A DNA stretch of 64,000 nucleotides, from contig JAFGPB010000099.1 of assembly GCA_016926205.1 (NCBI GenBank), forward strand, positions 9,414 to 73,413, in the 5' to 3' direction. Source of the stretch: Bacteroidales bacterium. Its GTDB lineage: Bacteria > Bacteroidota > Bacteroidia > Bacteroidales > UBA10428. Positions within the stretch are counted from its first letter, which is position 1. Every line of letters starts with the position of its first letter. The position numbers and the translations under genes were made by a program. Positions 39,529 through 48,826 of this stretch are shown piece by piece. The notes beneath the pieces were generated by a model. The model was given only the letters and a program-made list of their open reading frames with translations, was not told the DNA's origin and did not search any database.

Positions 39529-40581
39529 ATGAAACAAATCCATCCCGGCAAGGGGCCCCATACATCTTTACTGATCATTTTTCTGCTGGCCATTGCAGCC
39601 TTTCTGTTCATGCTCGACCTGGTAACCGGACCGGTGGAAATTCCGTTCAGACTGGTTTTCACCACCCTTTTACATCCCGGATCCGTTGATCCGGTATGGA
39701 AACAGGTGATGTTTGACTTCAGGATCCCCAAAGCCCTTACGGCTGTTGTCGCAGGTTCTGCACTTGCTGTAAGCGGATTGCAGATGCAGACGGTTTTCAG
39801 GAATCCGCTGGCAGGACCCGATGTGCTCGGCATCAGTTCCGGCGCGGGTCTGGGTGTCGCACTTGTGGTTCTTGGATTCGGAAGGATTTTTTCCGGTGGT
39901 GAAATGCTGTACATCAGCGGATGGATTCAAATTGCGGCTGCCTGGGCCGGTGCCGCTGTCGTACTGTTTCTGGTAATGGCGGTATCATTGCGCGTGCGTG
40001 ATATAATGACCATACTGATCCTCGGCATACTATTCGGAAGTGCGGTATCGGCTGTTGTGAGCATTCTTCAGTATTTCAGCGAACAGGCCATGCTGAAGAC
40101 CTATGTCATATGGACCATGGGAAGTCTGGGCAGTCTCACGAATGTGCAGCTGAATGTATTGCTGGTAAGTATTGTCACGGGATTTATTATTTCAGTACTT
40201 TCACTGAAACGAATGAATATATTGCTGACCGGTGAAACGTATGCCCGGAGTCTGGGACTAAACCAGAAATCTTCCAGGATCCTGATCTTTTTATCAACCA
40301 GTATCCTGACCGGAAGCGTAACTGCTTTCTGCGGGCCGATCGGATTTGTCGGAATCGCAGTCCCGCATCTTGCAAGACTTTTGTTCCGCAGTGCCGATCA
40401 TAAAGTGTTGTTTCCGGGTAGTATCCTGCTGGGGGCGATAATGTTGCTGATCAGTGACCTTGTCTCTCAGATGCCGCCGCAGGATACGCATCTTCCTGTG
40501 AATGCAGTCACTGCACTCCTGGGAATTCCCATAGTGATGTGGATTATCTTTAAAAACCAGAGGCTGGTCAGCGTTTCATGA
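39529..40581 (+). CDS. btuC: FecCD-family ABC permease (BtuC-like)
   Basis: About 10 TM helices, RIPKALTAVVAGSALAVSGLQMQTVFRNPLAGPDVLGISSGAG, and FCGPIGFVGIAVPHLARLL. Confidence 0.9.
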   Translation: MKQIHPGKGPHTSLLIIFLLAIAAFLFMLDLVTGPVEIPFRLVFTTLLHPGSVDPVWKQVMFDFRIPKALTAVVAGSALAVSGLQMQTVFRNPLAGPDVLGISSGAGLGVALVVLGFGRIFSGGEMLYISGWIQIAAAWAGAAVVLFLVMAVSLRVRDIMTILILGILFGSAVSAVVSILQYFSEQAMLKTYVIWTMGSLGSLTNVQLNVLLVSIVTGFIISVLSLKRMNILLTGETYARSLGLNQKSSRILIFLSTSILTGSVTAFCGPIGFVGIAVPHLARLLFRSADHKVLFPGSILLGAIMLLISDLVSQMPPQDTHLPVNAVTALLGIPIVMWIIFKNQRLVSVS

Positions 40582-40597
40582 ACGCTACAGAAATGAA

Positions 40598-41623
40598 ATG
40601 GACCATAAGAACAAGAAGAATATTATAGATCTTAAAGAACTTATGATCGGTTACCGTACTCAGCACACACGGACTTCATTTGCCTACGGACCCATCAACC
40701 TGAGCATTCGCTCCGGTGACATGATTGCATTGATTGGTCGCAACGGCATTGGTAAAAGCTCATTATTGCGCACCATAGCACAGCTGCAAAATCCTTTGGG
40801 AGGGAACGTCCGCTTGTTTGGGAAGGAGAGCGACCGTTATGGCAGACGGGAACTGGCACAGATCATAAGTTTTGTATCGACTGAAATTGTCAGCATTCAG
40901 AACCTGAAGGTGTATGATCTGATTTCCCTGGGACGGGCTCCTTATACGAACTGGCTGGGGAAGCTGATGGATCATGACCATTCGGGGATTCAGTCAGCAC
41001 TTGACAAGGTGAAAATCCCGCATCTGGGGGCAAAATTCATGCACCAGCTCAGCGATGGTGAACGGCAAAAGGTCATGATTGCCAGAGCACTTGCACAGGA
41101 TACACCGGTTATCATACTGGATGAGCCCACGGCATTCCTTGATCTGCCCTCCCGGTATGAAGTACTGCGGTTGTTGAACGAACTCTCAATCCGGGAGGGA
41201 AAAACAATTCTGTTCTCAACGCATGATCTTGATATTGCAATTCATGAAGCGGATATCATCTGGCTGATGATCAGTGAAGGTATTACAGAAGGGGCACCGG
41301 AGGATTTGCTTTTTAAGAAACAATTTCATAAATTGTTCTTAAATTCATGTCTGGAATACGACCAGCAGTCGGATGGTTTCAGATTGCAAAAAGGGAGCCA
41401 AAAGAGTATCGGATTGAAAGGGACGGAGGAATCCGTGCACTTCACTGGAAAAGCTTTAAGAAGAATAGGATTTCAGGTGGATGGAACAAATAAGGGCATC
41501 GGCAGGATTGAAATTGTATCCGAAGGCGGAAAAATTGTCTGGATTCTGGATACAGGTGCTGAAAAGCAGGTATTTCAATCAATTTATGAGCTGACGGATT
41601 ATTTAAAATACAACTGTAAATAA
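40598..41623 (+). CDS. btuD: ABC ATPase (BtuD/FepC-like) with a ~85-aa C-terminal extension
   Basis: Walker A GRNGIGKSSLL, signature LSDGERQKV, Walker B VIILDEPTAFLD, and H-loop STHD. The extra C-terminal domain starts at about GFRLQKGSQ. Confidence 0.9.
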   Translation: MDHKNKKNIIDLKELMIGYRTQHTRTSFAYGPINLSIRSGDMIALIGRNGIGKSSLLRTIAQLQNPLGGNVRLFGKESDRYGRRELAQIISFVSTEIVSIQNLKVYDLISLGRAPYTNWLGKLMDHDHSGIQSALDKVKIPHLGAKFMHQLSDGERQKVMIARALAQDTPVIILDEPTAFLDLPSRYEVLRLLNELSIREGKTILFSTHDLDIAIHEADIIWLMISEGITEGAPEDLLFKKQFHKLFLNSCLEYDQQSDGFRLQKGSQKSIGLKGTEESVHFTGKALRRIGFQVDGTNKGIGRIEIVSEGGKIVWILDTGAEKQVFQSIYELTDYLKYNCK

Positions 41624-41629
41624 AAACTG

Positions 41630-41842
41630 ATGGAAACAATGATGAAAAAAGTCGTGTCCTATATTCTGATAGCAATGGTTCTTATATTTACCGTTGTCGC
41701 AATACTGGGTATATGGGATATCATTGATCTGAGGAATGTTATGATGAATGCGATCTTAACACTCATCATCATATTTGCGGCATCGGCGGTGATCCTGTTT
41801 ATATATACCGTTTTTATGAGGGATACAGAAAGAAAGGATTAA
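41630..41842 (+). CDS. Small two-TM membrane protein
   Basis: 70 aa with two hydrophobic helices, starting 6 nt after the ATPase gene. No family recognised. Confidence 0.5.
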   Translation: METMMKKVVSYILIAMVLIFTVVAILGIWDIIDLRNVMMNAILTLIIIFAASAVILFIYTVFMRDTERKD

Positions 41843-41878
41843 CTTTGGCCTCATTGTTTACGGAAACGAGATAAAAGA

Positions 41879-42793
41879 ATGCTGTCAATTCTGATTCCTG
41901 TTTATAATTTCAGCATTGTATCGCTTGTCACTGAGCTGCACCGTCAGTCCCTGAAAGCTGAAGTCCCTTTTGAGATTGTCGTTCTGGATGATTGTTCGTC
42001 AGAATTGCTGCGCGATCAGAACAAAGGTGTGCGCAAACTGAAGCATGTCCGTTTCATTGAGCTTGAAAAGAACATCGGACGGGCCCGCATCCGGAACAGG
42101 CTTGCGGACATGGCAAAGTATTCATCACTTCTTTTTATGGATTGTGATTCCGAGGTTCCGGACGATCAATATATTGACAGGTACCTGCCTTATGTCGGTC
42201 ATGAAGTTGTCGTTTGCGGGGGTCGGGCATACAAGCCTGAGCAGCCCGAGGAACCTGAATACTTTCTGAGGTGGCTCTACGGACTGAGCCGCGAACAGAT
42301 ACCTGCAAAAATCAGGGCCAAACATCCATACAGGTCCTTTATGACCAACAATTTCATGATCCCCAGGTCAATTCTGATGCAGATTCAGTTTGATGAAAGT
42401 ATTGTAAAATACGGCCATGAAGATACCCTTTTCGGTCTTGAACTAAAAAAAAGAAACATTCCCATAGTGCATATTCAGAATCCCCTGATCCACATAGGAG
42501 TTGAAGCTGCCGGTGAGTTTCTAATCAAGATGAGTGAAAGCATTGAAAATCTGGTGAAACTGGTCAAATCCGGCAAGATTGACAAAAAACATTATGATGA
42601 TGTCAGAATCCTGAGGTATTATGCTTTCCTGAAGAGATACGGACTGACAAAAACCTTCCTGAATATTTTTGACGGATTGTCCAATGCGTTGTACCGTAAC
42701 ATGTCAGGCAACAATCCAAGTCTTTTTCTCTTCAGCATATACAAACTTACACTCTTTTGCAGAGCGATGAACAAGAAAGATCAGGAAAGCTGA
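41879..42793 (+). CDS. Family-2 glycosyltransferase
   Basis: LSILIPVYNF....L...L........EIVVLDDCS, and a later DCD acidic motif. Confidence 0.8.
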   Translation: MLSILIPVYNFSIVSLVTELHRQSLKAEVPFEIVVLDDCSSELLRDQNKGVRKLKHVRFIELEKNIGRARIRNRLADMAKYSSLLFMDCDSEVPDDQYIDRYLPYVGHEVVVCGGRAYKPEQPEEPEYFLRWLYGLSREQIPAKIRAKHPYRSFMTNNFMIPRSILMQIQFDESIVKYGHEDTLFGLELKKRNIPIVHIQNPLIHIGVEAAGEFLIKMSESIENLVKLVKSGKIDKKHYDDVRILRYYAFLKRYGLTKTFLNIFDGLSNALYRNMSGNNPSLFLFSIYKLTLFCRAMNKKDQES

Positions 42794-42865
42794 TCCGTTG
42801 CCGGCAGTCCGGTACATATCCCGGATCGCCCGTTACACAAACCGGGAAGACCTGCCGCGAGGGCT

Positions 42866-44659
42866 TCAGGGTTTTACAAATGAAGGTTTAACAGTTTCAT
42901 CTGAGAACAGGATCGCTGATTGGATCAGTGCAATATGCGAATATCCCTGAGGAAAATTACCGAGCAGCCTCCGGGAACTGAAATCGATATCCTCGCTCAG
43001 TAATCCCAGATGGTTTGCACAGGATGCGGTTTTTTCAAAGATCTCCCTTGCCTCATCCTTCATTCCGATTTTATAGAGGCTGCTGACCAGCCAGAAGGTA
43101 CATATGGTGAAAGATGAATGTGGCAGGCCAAGACCGTCGGCATGTTTGTAACGATACATCAGTCCGTCCCTCAGCAACTCTTTTTTAACAGCATGAACGG
43201 TGTTAACATAATGTTCATCGTCCGCTTTCAGAAAGCCGCTGTCTTCGACCAGCAACAGGGACGCATCCAGATTCTCCCCGCCGTATACCTGTACAAAGGA
43301 CTTTTTGTTATTACTCCACCCCCTGCTCATAATATCATGGCGGATCTGGTTTGCAGTTTTTTCCCATTCCGCAATGTATTCCGTACGGTGGAGCATCCGG
43401 GCGATCTTTATGCCCCGGTCGACCGCAACCCAGCATTGGATTTTTGAAAAGACATAATGTCTGGGTTCCTGACGGATCTCCCAGATACCGTGGTCGGGAT
43501 TTTTCCAGACATTGGAAACGGTCCGGACCAGGCTGCGGGTAATCGACCAGATGTCCTCCATTTCATCCAGTGTTCCCGAAAAATATTGGTAGTACTGCAG
43601 GATCAAATCGAGCAAAAACCCGTATATGTCATTCTGAATCTGAAGATATGCTGCATTTCCAATGCGTACGGGTCTGGAATGCATGTATCCGGAAAGATGT
43701 CCGAGTATTTTTTCATCAAGCGTCCTTTCTCCCCGGATCCCGTACATGATCTGAAAGTGCTCATCCTTGGATTTGATAATATTTTTAAGATAGGTCATGT
43801 ACCGGCGTGCTGCGGAAAAATGGCCCAGCCTGACCAGTGTATTCAATGTGAGGGATGCATCCCTCAGCCAGCAGAAACGGTAATCCCAGTTCCTGCTTTC
43901 GCCAATGGTCTCCGGCAGTGAAGTTGTCGGTGCCGCCAATATTGCTCCTGAACCCTGATACGACAGCAGTTTCAATACAAGTAAACTTCTGTTTATCAAA
44001 TCGTTGTATAGAGGGTAGTCCCGGGAACGATTGATCCAGTTCAGCCAGTAGACCTTGGTTCTCTGGTATTCAAGGTATACACGGTTGAGATCGATATCGA
44101 TGAGTTTCTCGTTGTATGAGATCAGGATGTATCCTGAATTCTTTAACGTGATTTCATTGGATTCCAGGATATCCTGTAACTGAAATGAAGTATACAGATA
44201 GACGGATTCATATCTTGAACCCGAAATATAACTCTTGATGCAGTCGCTTTTTAAAACATGCTGCGTTTCTCCTGAAGCATAATTGAGCTTCGGATCATAT
44301 TTAAATCTGACTGCAGGTGTCCCTGACAAAATCCTGATATAACGGTAGATTTCCGGAGGTGTGAAATACTGGTTATACTCGGTTTTGTAACGGGGCATGA
44401 AATCAAGGACTTCAAAGGAATTGCTTCCATCGGTAAAAATTGTGTGCAATATATTGGTGTTTTTCAGATAGCTCTGAGATGACCTGTAGTCTTCACGCAG
44501 CAATATTTGCATGGATCCTCCGGTTTTTTCGTCCAGTATCCTGGCAAAAACAGAAGGTGAATCAAACTCAGGCAGACAACACCAGTCAATGGCTCCGTCC
44601 ATTGATATCAATGCCGCACTTTTACAGTTGCCGATCAGTCCATAGTTGAGATTTTCCAT
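42866..44659 (-). CDS. Glycoside hydrolase family 15 protein (glucoamylase/trehalase-like)
   Basis: NYGLIGNCKSAALISMDGAIDWCCLPEFDSPSVFARIL N-terminal signature, CWLRDAS, and an (alpha/alpha)6 region. The ATG shares one nucleotide with the otsAB stop (TGATG). Confidence 0.9.
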   Translation of the reverse strand: MENLNYGLIGNCKSAALISMDGAIDWCCLPEFDSPSVFARILDEKTGGSMQILLREDYRSSQSYLKNTNILHTIFTDGSNSFEVLDFMPRYKTEYNQYFTPPEIYRYIRILSGTPAVRFKYDPKLNYASGETQHVLKSDCIKSYISGSRYESVYLYTSFQLQDILESNEITLKNSGYILISYNEKLIDIDLNRVYLEYQRTKVYWLNWINRSRDYPLYNDLINRSLLVLKLLSYQGSGAILAAPTTSLPETIGESRNWDYRFCWLRDASLTLNTLVRLGHFSAARRYMTYLKNIIKSKDEHFQIMYGIRGERTLDEKILGHLSGYMHSRPVRIGNAAYLQIQNDIYGFLLDLILQYYQYFSGTLDEMEDIWSITRSLVRTVSNVWKNPDHGIWEIRQEPRHYVFSKIQCWVAVDRGIKIARMLHRTEYIAEWEKTANQIRHDIMSRGWSNNKKSFVQVYGGENLDASLLLVEDSGFLKADDEHYVNTVHAVKKELLRDGLMYRYKHADGLGLPHSSFTICTFWLVSSLYKIGMKDEAREIFEKTASCANHLGLLSEDIDFSSRRLLGNFPQGYSHIALIQSAILFSDETVKPSFVKP

Positions 44660-46851
44660 CAGGTCAGGCTTGTTTTATCCTGTGTCAGACATTCAAGGAA
44701 TTCAATGAATTCATTGTGGGAATGCAGATAATATTTTGCATTTTGTGAATATCCCCCGATTTTAATGGTAATGGCTTTATCCGGAAGCACCATAAACATA
44801 TCCTCGTCAGTGGTATCATCACCAGCTGCAAGAATGTAATCGGACGGGAAAAAATCAAGCATTGAGATTGCAGCGGCTCCTTTGTTGACACCGGGATACT
44901 TGATTTCAACGATTTTGTTTCCTTTCATAATCTGAAGTTTCAGTCGGGTACAGGGGTATATCAATGTGTCCAGCAGTTGCTTGACCCGGAGATCTGCCAG
45001 CCACAGGTCTGTCTTCCTGTAATGCCACACAATGGAAGCTTCCTTAATTTCGATTGATGAACCGGGTGTCCTGTCCGTTATGGGTTGAATCAGTTCAGAT
45101 ATCTCTTCCTTCCATGCATGCTTCTGCCTGCTGAATTTTCTGGTCCATTTTCCCTGTTTTCGGATGAATGAACCGTGTTCAGCAACCAGAATGAGTTCTG
45201 ACTGGGGAAAGTATTGTTCAAGGAATTTCCTGTCCCTTCCTGAAATGATCACGACCTTGTTTCTGGAAGATGCGATGAGCTGACTGATCAGGATCTTCAG
45301 CTTTTCATCCGGTACGGCTTTGTACGGATCTTTTGCGAATCCTGTAAGAGTTCCGTCATAATCAAGAAGGAACAGTCTTTTTCTTTTATTCTGGTATGCA
45401 TTGATGATTGAATTCCGGTTACCGGCATCGATGTATTTCCCGCTGATCTTTTTCCGGATCAGTCCGATATTATTAAGCTCGGAGAAAAAATCACTTGTCC
45501 ATCTGGCATTTGTCTGCCGGCTGAGCACTTGCTGCATTTTCTCCAGCCGCTGTATTTGCTCGGATTCCGGTATGTTCAGCGCAAAGAACAGGGTATCCTT
45601 GATTTCTTCAATATTGTTGGGATTCACACGCAGGGCTTCATTCAATTCAATGATCGCACCGGTCATCTCACTCAGGATTAAAACACCCGGTTTGTTCTTT
45701 TTGGTGGCAACGTATTCCTTTGCAATGAGATTCATCCCGTCCCTGAGAGGAGTTACAAGGGCAACATCTGAGATGTAATACAAAGCACAAAGGTGTTTGA
45801 TGTCAAAGGACCGGTAAAGGTAATGCACGGGTGCCCAGTTAATATCACTGTATTTGCCGTTCAGGTATCCGGCATACTCGTCGATTTTGGTCTTCAGATC
45901 CTGATACTTTTCCACATTGTCCCGGGAAGGAACGACAAGAAGGATCAGCACCACATTCTTCCTGTATACCGGATAGGTTTCGAGAAAACGATCATAGGCC
46001 TGCAGCCTGTGCAGGATTCCTTTGCTGTAATCCAGCCGGTCGACCGAAAAGATGATTGTTTTATTCTTAAACTGTTGTGAATAACGTTCAATATGCATCC
46101 TGGTCTCCGGATCTTCTGCAATGTTGTGGTAGAGGTCATAATTAATTCCCATAGGGAAATTGTCAACCCTTACAGGCCGGTTTTTGTGGATTGTTTCATT
46201 GACGGTAAATTCAAGCCCGAGGATTCTGTAAACCGAACTGATGAAGTGGCGCATGTATTCGAATGTATGGAAGCCTACCAGATCAGCACCAAGCAAACCC
46301 TGCAATATTTCTGCCCTTTCAGGCAGAACCCTGAACAATTCGTATGAAGGAAATGGTATGTGCAGGAAAAATCCGATGCGGCAATCGGGTAAATGATCCC
46401 GCAACATTCCCGGCAGGAGCATCAGATGATAATCATGGATCCAGATGAGATCATCAGGTTGCACAACTTTTTTCACTTCCTCCAGAAATAGCTGGTTCAC
46501 GCTTTTGTATGTTTCCCAGAACCTGGCATCGTACTCGGTATATACGAAGAAATAATGGAAAAGCGGCCAGATGGTACTGTTGCTATAGCCTTCATAGTAA
46601 TAACTGATCTGCTCGGCTGACAGGAATACGGGATGGATATTCTGATTCTTGAGATCACGGGATATTTTTTGTTTTTTGCCTGCATCATCAGGATGAATAC
46701 CGGGCCATCCGATCCAGTGCATCTCTGTCTGAAAATTAAGTGAATCAAGACCTGTAGCGAGTCCGCCCACACTTTTTGTATAACTGATACCCTCTTCGTT
46801 ATCTGTTATACTGACGGGCAAACGGTTTGAAATGATAATGAGTCTTTTCAT
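44659..46851 (-). CDS. otsA: Bifunctional trehalose-6-phosphate synthase / trehalose-6-phosphate phosphatase (OtsA-OtsB fusion)
   Basis: The N-terminal IIISNRLPV and GT20 core (IWIHDYHLMLLP, GFFLHIPFP) are followed by a HAD phosphatase with LFLLDYDGTL. Confidence 0.95.
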   Translation of the reverse strand: MKRLIIISNRLPVSITDNEEGISYTKSVGGLATGLDSLNFQTEMHWIGWPGIHPDDAGKKQKISRDLKNQNIHPVFLSAEQISYYYEGYSNSTIWPLFHYFFVYTEYDARFWETYKSVNQLFLEEVKKVVQPDDLIWIHDYHLMLLPGMLRDHLPDCRIGFFLHIPFPSYELFRVLPERAEILQGLLGADLVGFHTFEYMRHFISSVYRILGLEFTVNETIHKNRPVRVDNFPMGINYDLYHNIAEDPETRMHIERYSQQFKNKTIIFSVDRLDYSKGILHRLQAYDRFLETYPVYRKNVVLILLVVPSRDNVEKYQDLKTKIDEYAGYLNGKYSDINWAPVHYLYRSFDIKHLCALYYISDVALVTPLRDGMNLIAKEYVATKKNKPGVLILSEMTGAIIELNEALRVNPNNIEEIKDTLFFALNIPESEQIQRLEKMQQVLSRQTNARWTSDFFSELNNIGLIRKKISGKYIDAGNRNSIINAYQNKRKRLFLLDYDGTLTGFAKDPYKAVPDEKLKILISQLIASSRNKVVIISGRDRKFLEQYFPQSELILVAEHGSFIRKQGKWTRKFSRQKHAWKEEISELIQPITDRTPGSSIEIKEASIVWHYRKTDLWLADLRVKQLLDTLIYPCTRLKLQIMKGNKIVEIKYPGVNKGAAAISMLDFFPSDYILAAGDDTTDEDMFMVLPDKAITIKIGGYSQNAKYYLHSHNEFIEFLECLTQDKTSLT

Positions 46852-46918
46852 GATACCGGCAATTTAGTTCATGCAGAATCCCGGATGTTACTGCCGGGGA
46901 TCAGGATTTGTTAACTAA

Positions 46919-46926
46919 CAAAGATA
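46919..46926 (-). promoter_or_regulatory. Candidate -7 box for otsAB (TATCTTTG on the minus strand)
   Basis: The plus strand reads CAAAGATA, an exact reverse complement of TAnnTTTG, 68 nt upstream of ATG 46851. Confidence 0.35.
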
Positions 46927-47078
46927 CCAATTATCGTGTGTTAAACCTGACAAATATCCGTAAAATCGCTTTGAAACGCTGCTTAACCTGCTCTTTTACT
47001 GATATATTCGTGTAACGTTATCCGTAATGGTGAAACTTGTGTATTTTCTGCCAGGTAAATAGGTTCCGGAATCATAAA

Positions 47079-47092
47079 GCCCGTCTGCGGGC
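47079..47092 (-). terminator. Candidate intrinsic terminator of the DUF4956 gene
   Basis: The minus strand reads GCCCG-cAGA-CGGGC followed by TTTATGATT, 68 nt downstream of the stop at 47160. The stem is short and the U-tract imperfect. Confidence 0.45.
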
Positions 47093-47159
47093 GTGCCGGT
47101 AGAACTGCCACCGGTAAACACATGATGCCGGCACAGAGAGAGACGCTGCTCTTATGAAT

Positions 47160-47804
47160 TCATCCGGTGTTCTGTGATTCATCCCCTGACGGGGCAGTGA
47201 GATCACGATAATAGATCACTATACGTGCCCTTCGGGTGGTGTAATTGATGCGTCTGATTTCAAACCGGTTGATTTCCAGTCCTGTTTTCTTCCTTAAGTC
47301 CTCAATGAGCTCCTGACGTTTTTCAGGGACGAGCAGGTCCAGGTGATCATAGATAATGGTTTGTGAGAATTCATTTTGCTGAAGCCACAGTTTTTCCAGT
47401 CCGTAAACGATAATGATGATGACAAGGTTGGTGAATACGAGCTCAATAAAACTGAATGTATCCCCTGCAAGGGCATTGATCACGGAAATCCCGATCAGAA
47501 CAAACAAATAGGTCATTTCTTTGATGGGGATCTGATTGGTACGAAAACGGAGTATGCCAAAGATGGCAAACATGCCGAAAGCAAATCCCAGCTGCAGTTC
47601 GACGCTTTCCAGCAGATAACATAGCAGAAATACCAGTGTGGATACAAGCGTAAAACTGAACAGATAGTCCTTTCGTCTGGCAATAGGATAGTAAAGAAGT
47701 CTTACAATGACCAGTATGACACTGCTGTTGATCGCGAATCTCAGAAGCAGTTCATTAAAACTGGTCGCATGGAAAAGATCCAGACCCAATATTGTATTTT
47801 GCAT
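47160..47804 (-). CDS. DUF4956-family membrane protein
   Basis: FNELLLRFAINSSVILVIVRLLYYP..R.KDYLFSF and GFAFGMFAIFGILRFRT are typical of the family. The ORF is open to 47906, but ATG 47804 (MQNTILG) fits. Confidence 0.7.
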   Translation of the reverse strand: MQNTILGLDLFHATSFNELLLRFAINSSVILVIVRLLYYPIARRKDYLFSFTLVSTLVFLLCYLLESVELQLGFAFGMFAIFGILRFRTNQIPIKEMTYLFVLIGISVINALAGDTFSFIELVFTNLVIIIIVYGLEKLWLQQNEFSQTIIYDHLDLLVPEKRQELIEDLRKKTGLEINRFEIRRINYTTRRARIVIYYRDLTAPSGDESQNTG

Positions 47805-47874
47805 GGTTTGATGTATTGATGCTTTCGCAAATAATTTCTTCCAAATTAAGAGCTTCCCGTTGACTTCTGCAACA

Positions 47875-47882
47875 CAAATATA
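47875..47882 (-). promoter_or_regulatory. Candidate -7 box for the DUF4956 gene
   Basis: The plus strand reads CAAATATA, the reverse complement of TATATTTG (TAnnTTTG), 71 nt upstream of ATG 47804. Confidence 0.3.
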
Positions 47883-48059
47883 AGTTTGGGATTTATTTAC
47901 CGACAAACCCTCCTGTTTTCAGCTTCAGTCATAAACCGGCTGAATGGTCCCGGCGTCCGGAACTCAGGAACTTTCAGGTACGATCCTTGGAAACCTGTCA
48001 TTAAGATATGTTGACGGTTGACCGGGGGAAAATATCGATAAAACTGCTTACTTTGCAGT

Positions 48060-48815
48060 ATGATAAACAACAAAACCATCACCGTCGTCCTACCCGCATA
48101 CAATGCAGAAAAAACCCTGGAAAAGACATACCATGAAATCCCTTTCGACATTGTCGATCACGTGATCCTGGTTGATGATTTGAGTGAGGACAATACTTTG
48201 GAAAAAGCAAAGACTTTGGGCATCAAACACATCATTCCGCATATGCAGAATATGGGTTACGGATCAAACCAGAAAACATGCTATAAGAAGGCCCTGGAAT
48301 TGAACTCGGATATCATCGTGATGCTGCATCCTGATTACCAGTATTCACCGCGACTGATACATTCCATGTGTTACCTGATAGCGAACGGTGTGTACGAAGT
48401 CGTTCTCGGATCGAGAATACTTGGGAAAGGAGCATTGAATGGAGGTATGCCTGTCTACAAATATGCGGCAAACCGGATCCTGACTTTTGTGCAAAATCTG
48501 CTCATGAACCAGAAACTGTCTGAATACCATACAGGTTTCAGAGCATACTCCAGAATTGTCCTGGAAACGATCAACTACCAGGTGAACGCGGAAGGTTTTG
48601 TCTTTGACAACCAGATCCTTGCACAAATTTTTCATGCGGGATTCGAGGTTGCTGAAATTACCTGTCCCACTCAATATGCTGATGATGCTTCATCAATTAA
48701 TTTTTCAGACAGTATAAAATATGGTCTCGGTGTACTGGTTGTCTCATTGTCCTATTTGTTGCAGAAGACCGGGATCTTTCATTTCAAAATCTTTTCAAAA
48801 AAAAGTGAGAACTAA
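48060..48815 (+). CDS. Family-2 glycosyltransferase (dolichyl/polyprenyl-phosphate sugar transferase-like)
   Basis: ITVVLPAYNAEKTLEKTY, ILVDDLSEDNT and IVMLHPDYQY. Confidence 0.85.
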   Translation: MINNKTITVVLPAYNAEKTLEKTYHEIPFDIVDHVILVDDLSEDNTLEKAKTLGIKHIIPHMQNMGYGSNQKTCYKKALELNSDIIVMLHPDYQYSPRLIHSMCYLIANGVYEVVLGSRILGKGALNGGMPVYKYAANRILTFVQNLLMNQKLSEYHTGFRAYSRIVLETINYQVNAEGFVFDNQILAQIFHAGFEVAEITCPTQYADDASSINFSDSIKYGLGVLVVSLSYLLQKTGIFHFKIFSKKSEN

Positions 48816-48826
48816 AACAAAAATTT

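Noticed and set aside
39486-39914. 142-aa minus-strand ORF over the btuF/btuC junction
   Set aside because: It lies opposite a clear FecCD permease, and its P/S/T-rich composition is typical of antisense frames of membrane-protein genes.
47160-47804. An orphan DUF4956 gene as part of a polyphosphate (VTC-like) or CotH cassette
   Set aside because: I recall DUF4956 proteins often sitting beside VTC-domain and CotH genes, but neither is present here. I cannot verify the association without a database, so there is not enough for a finding.
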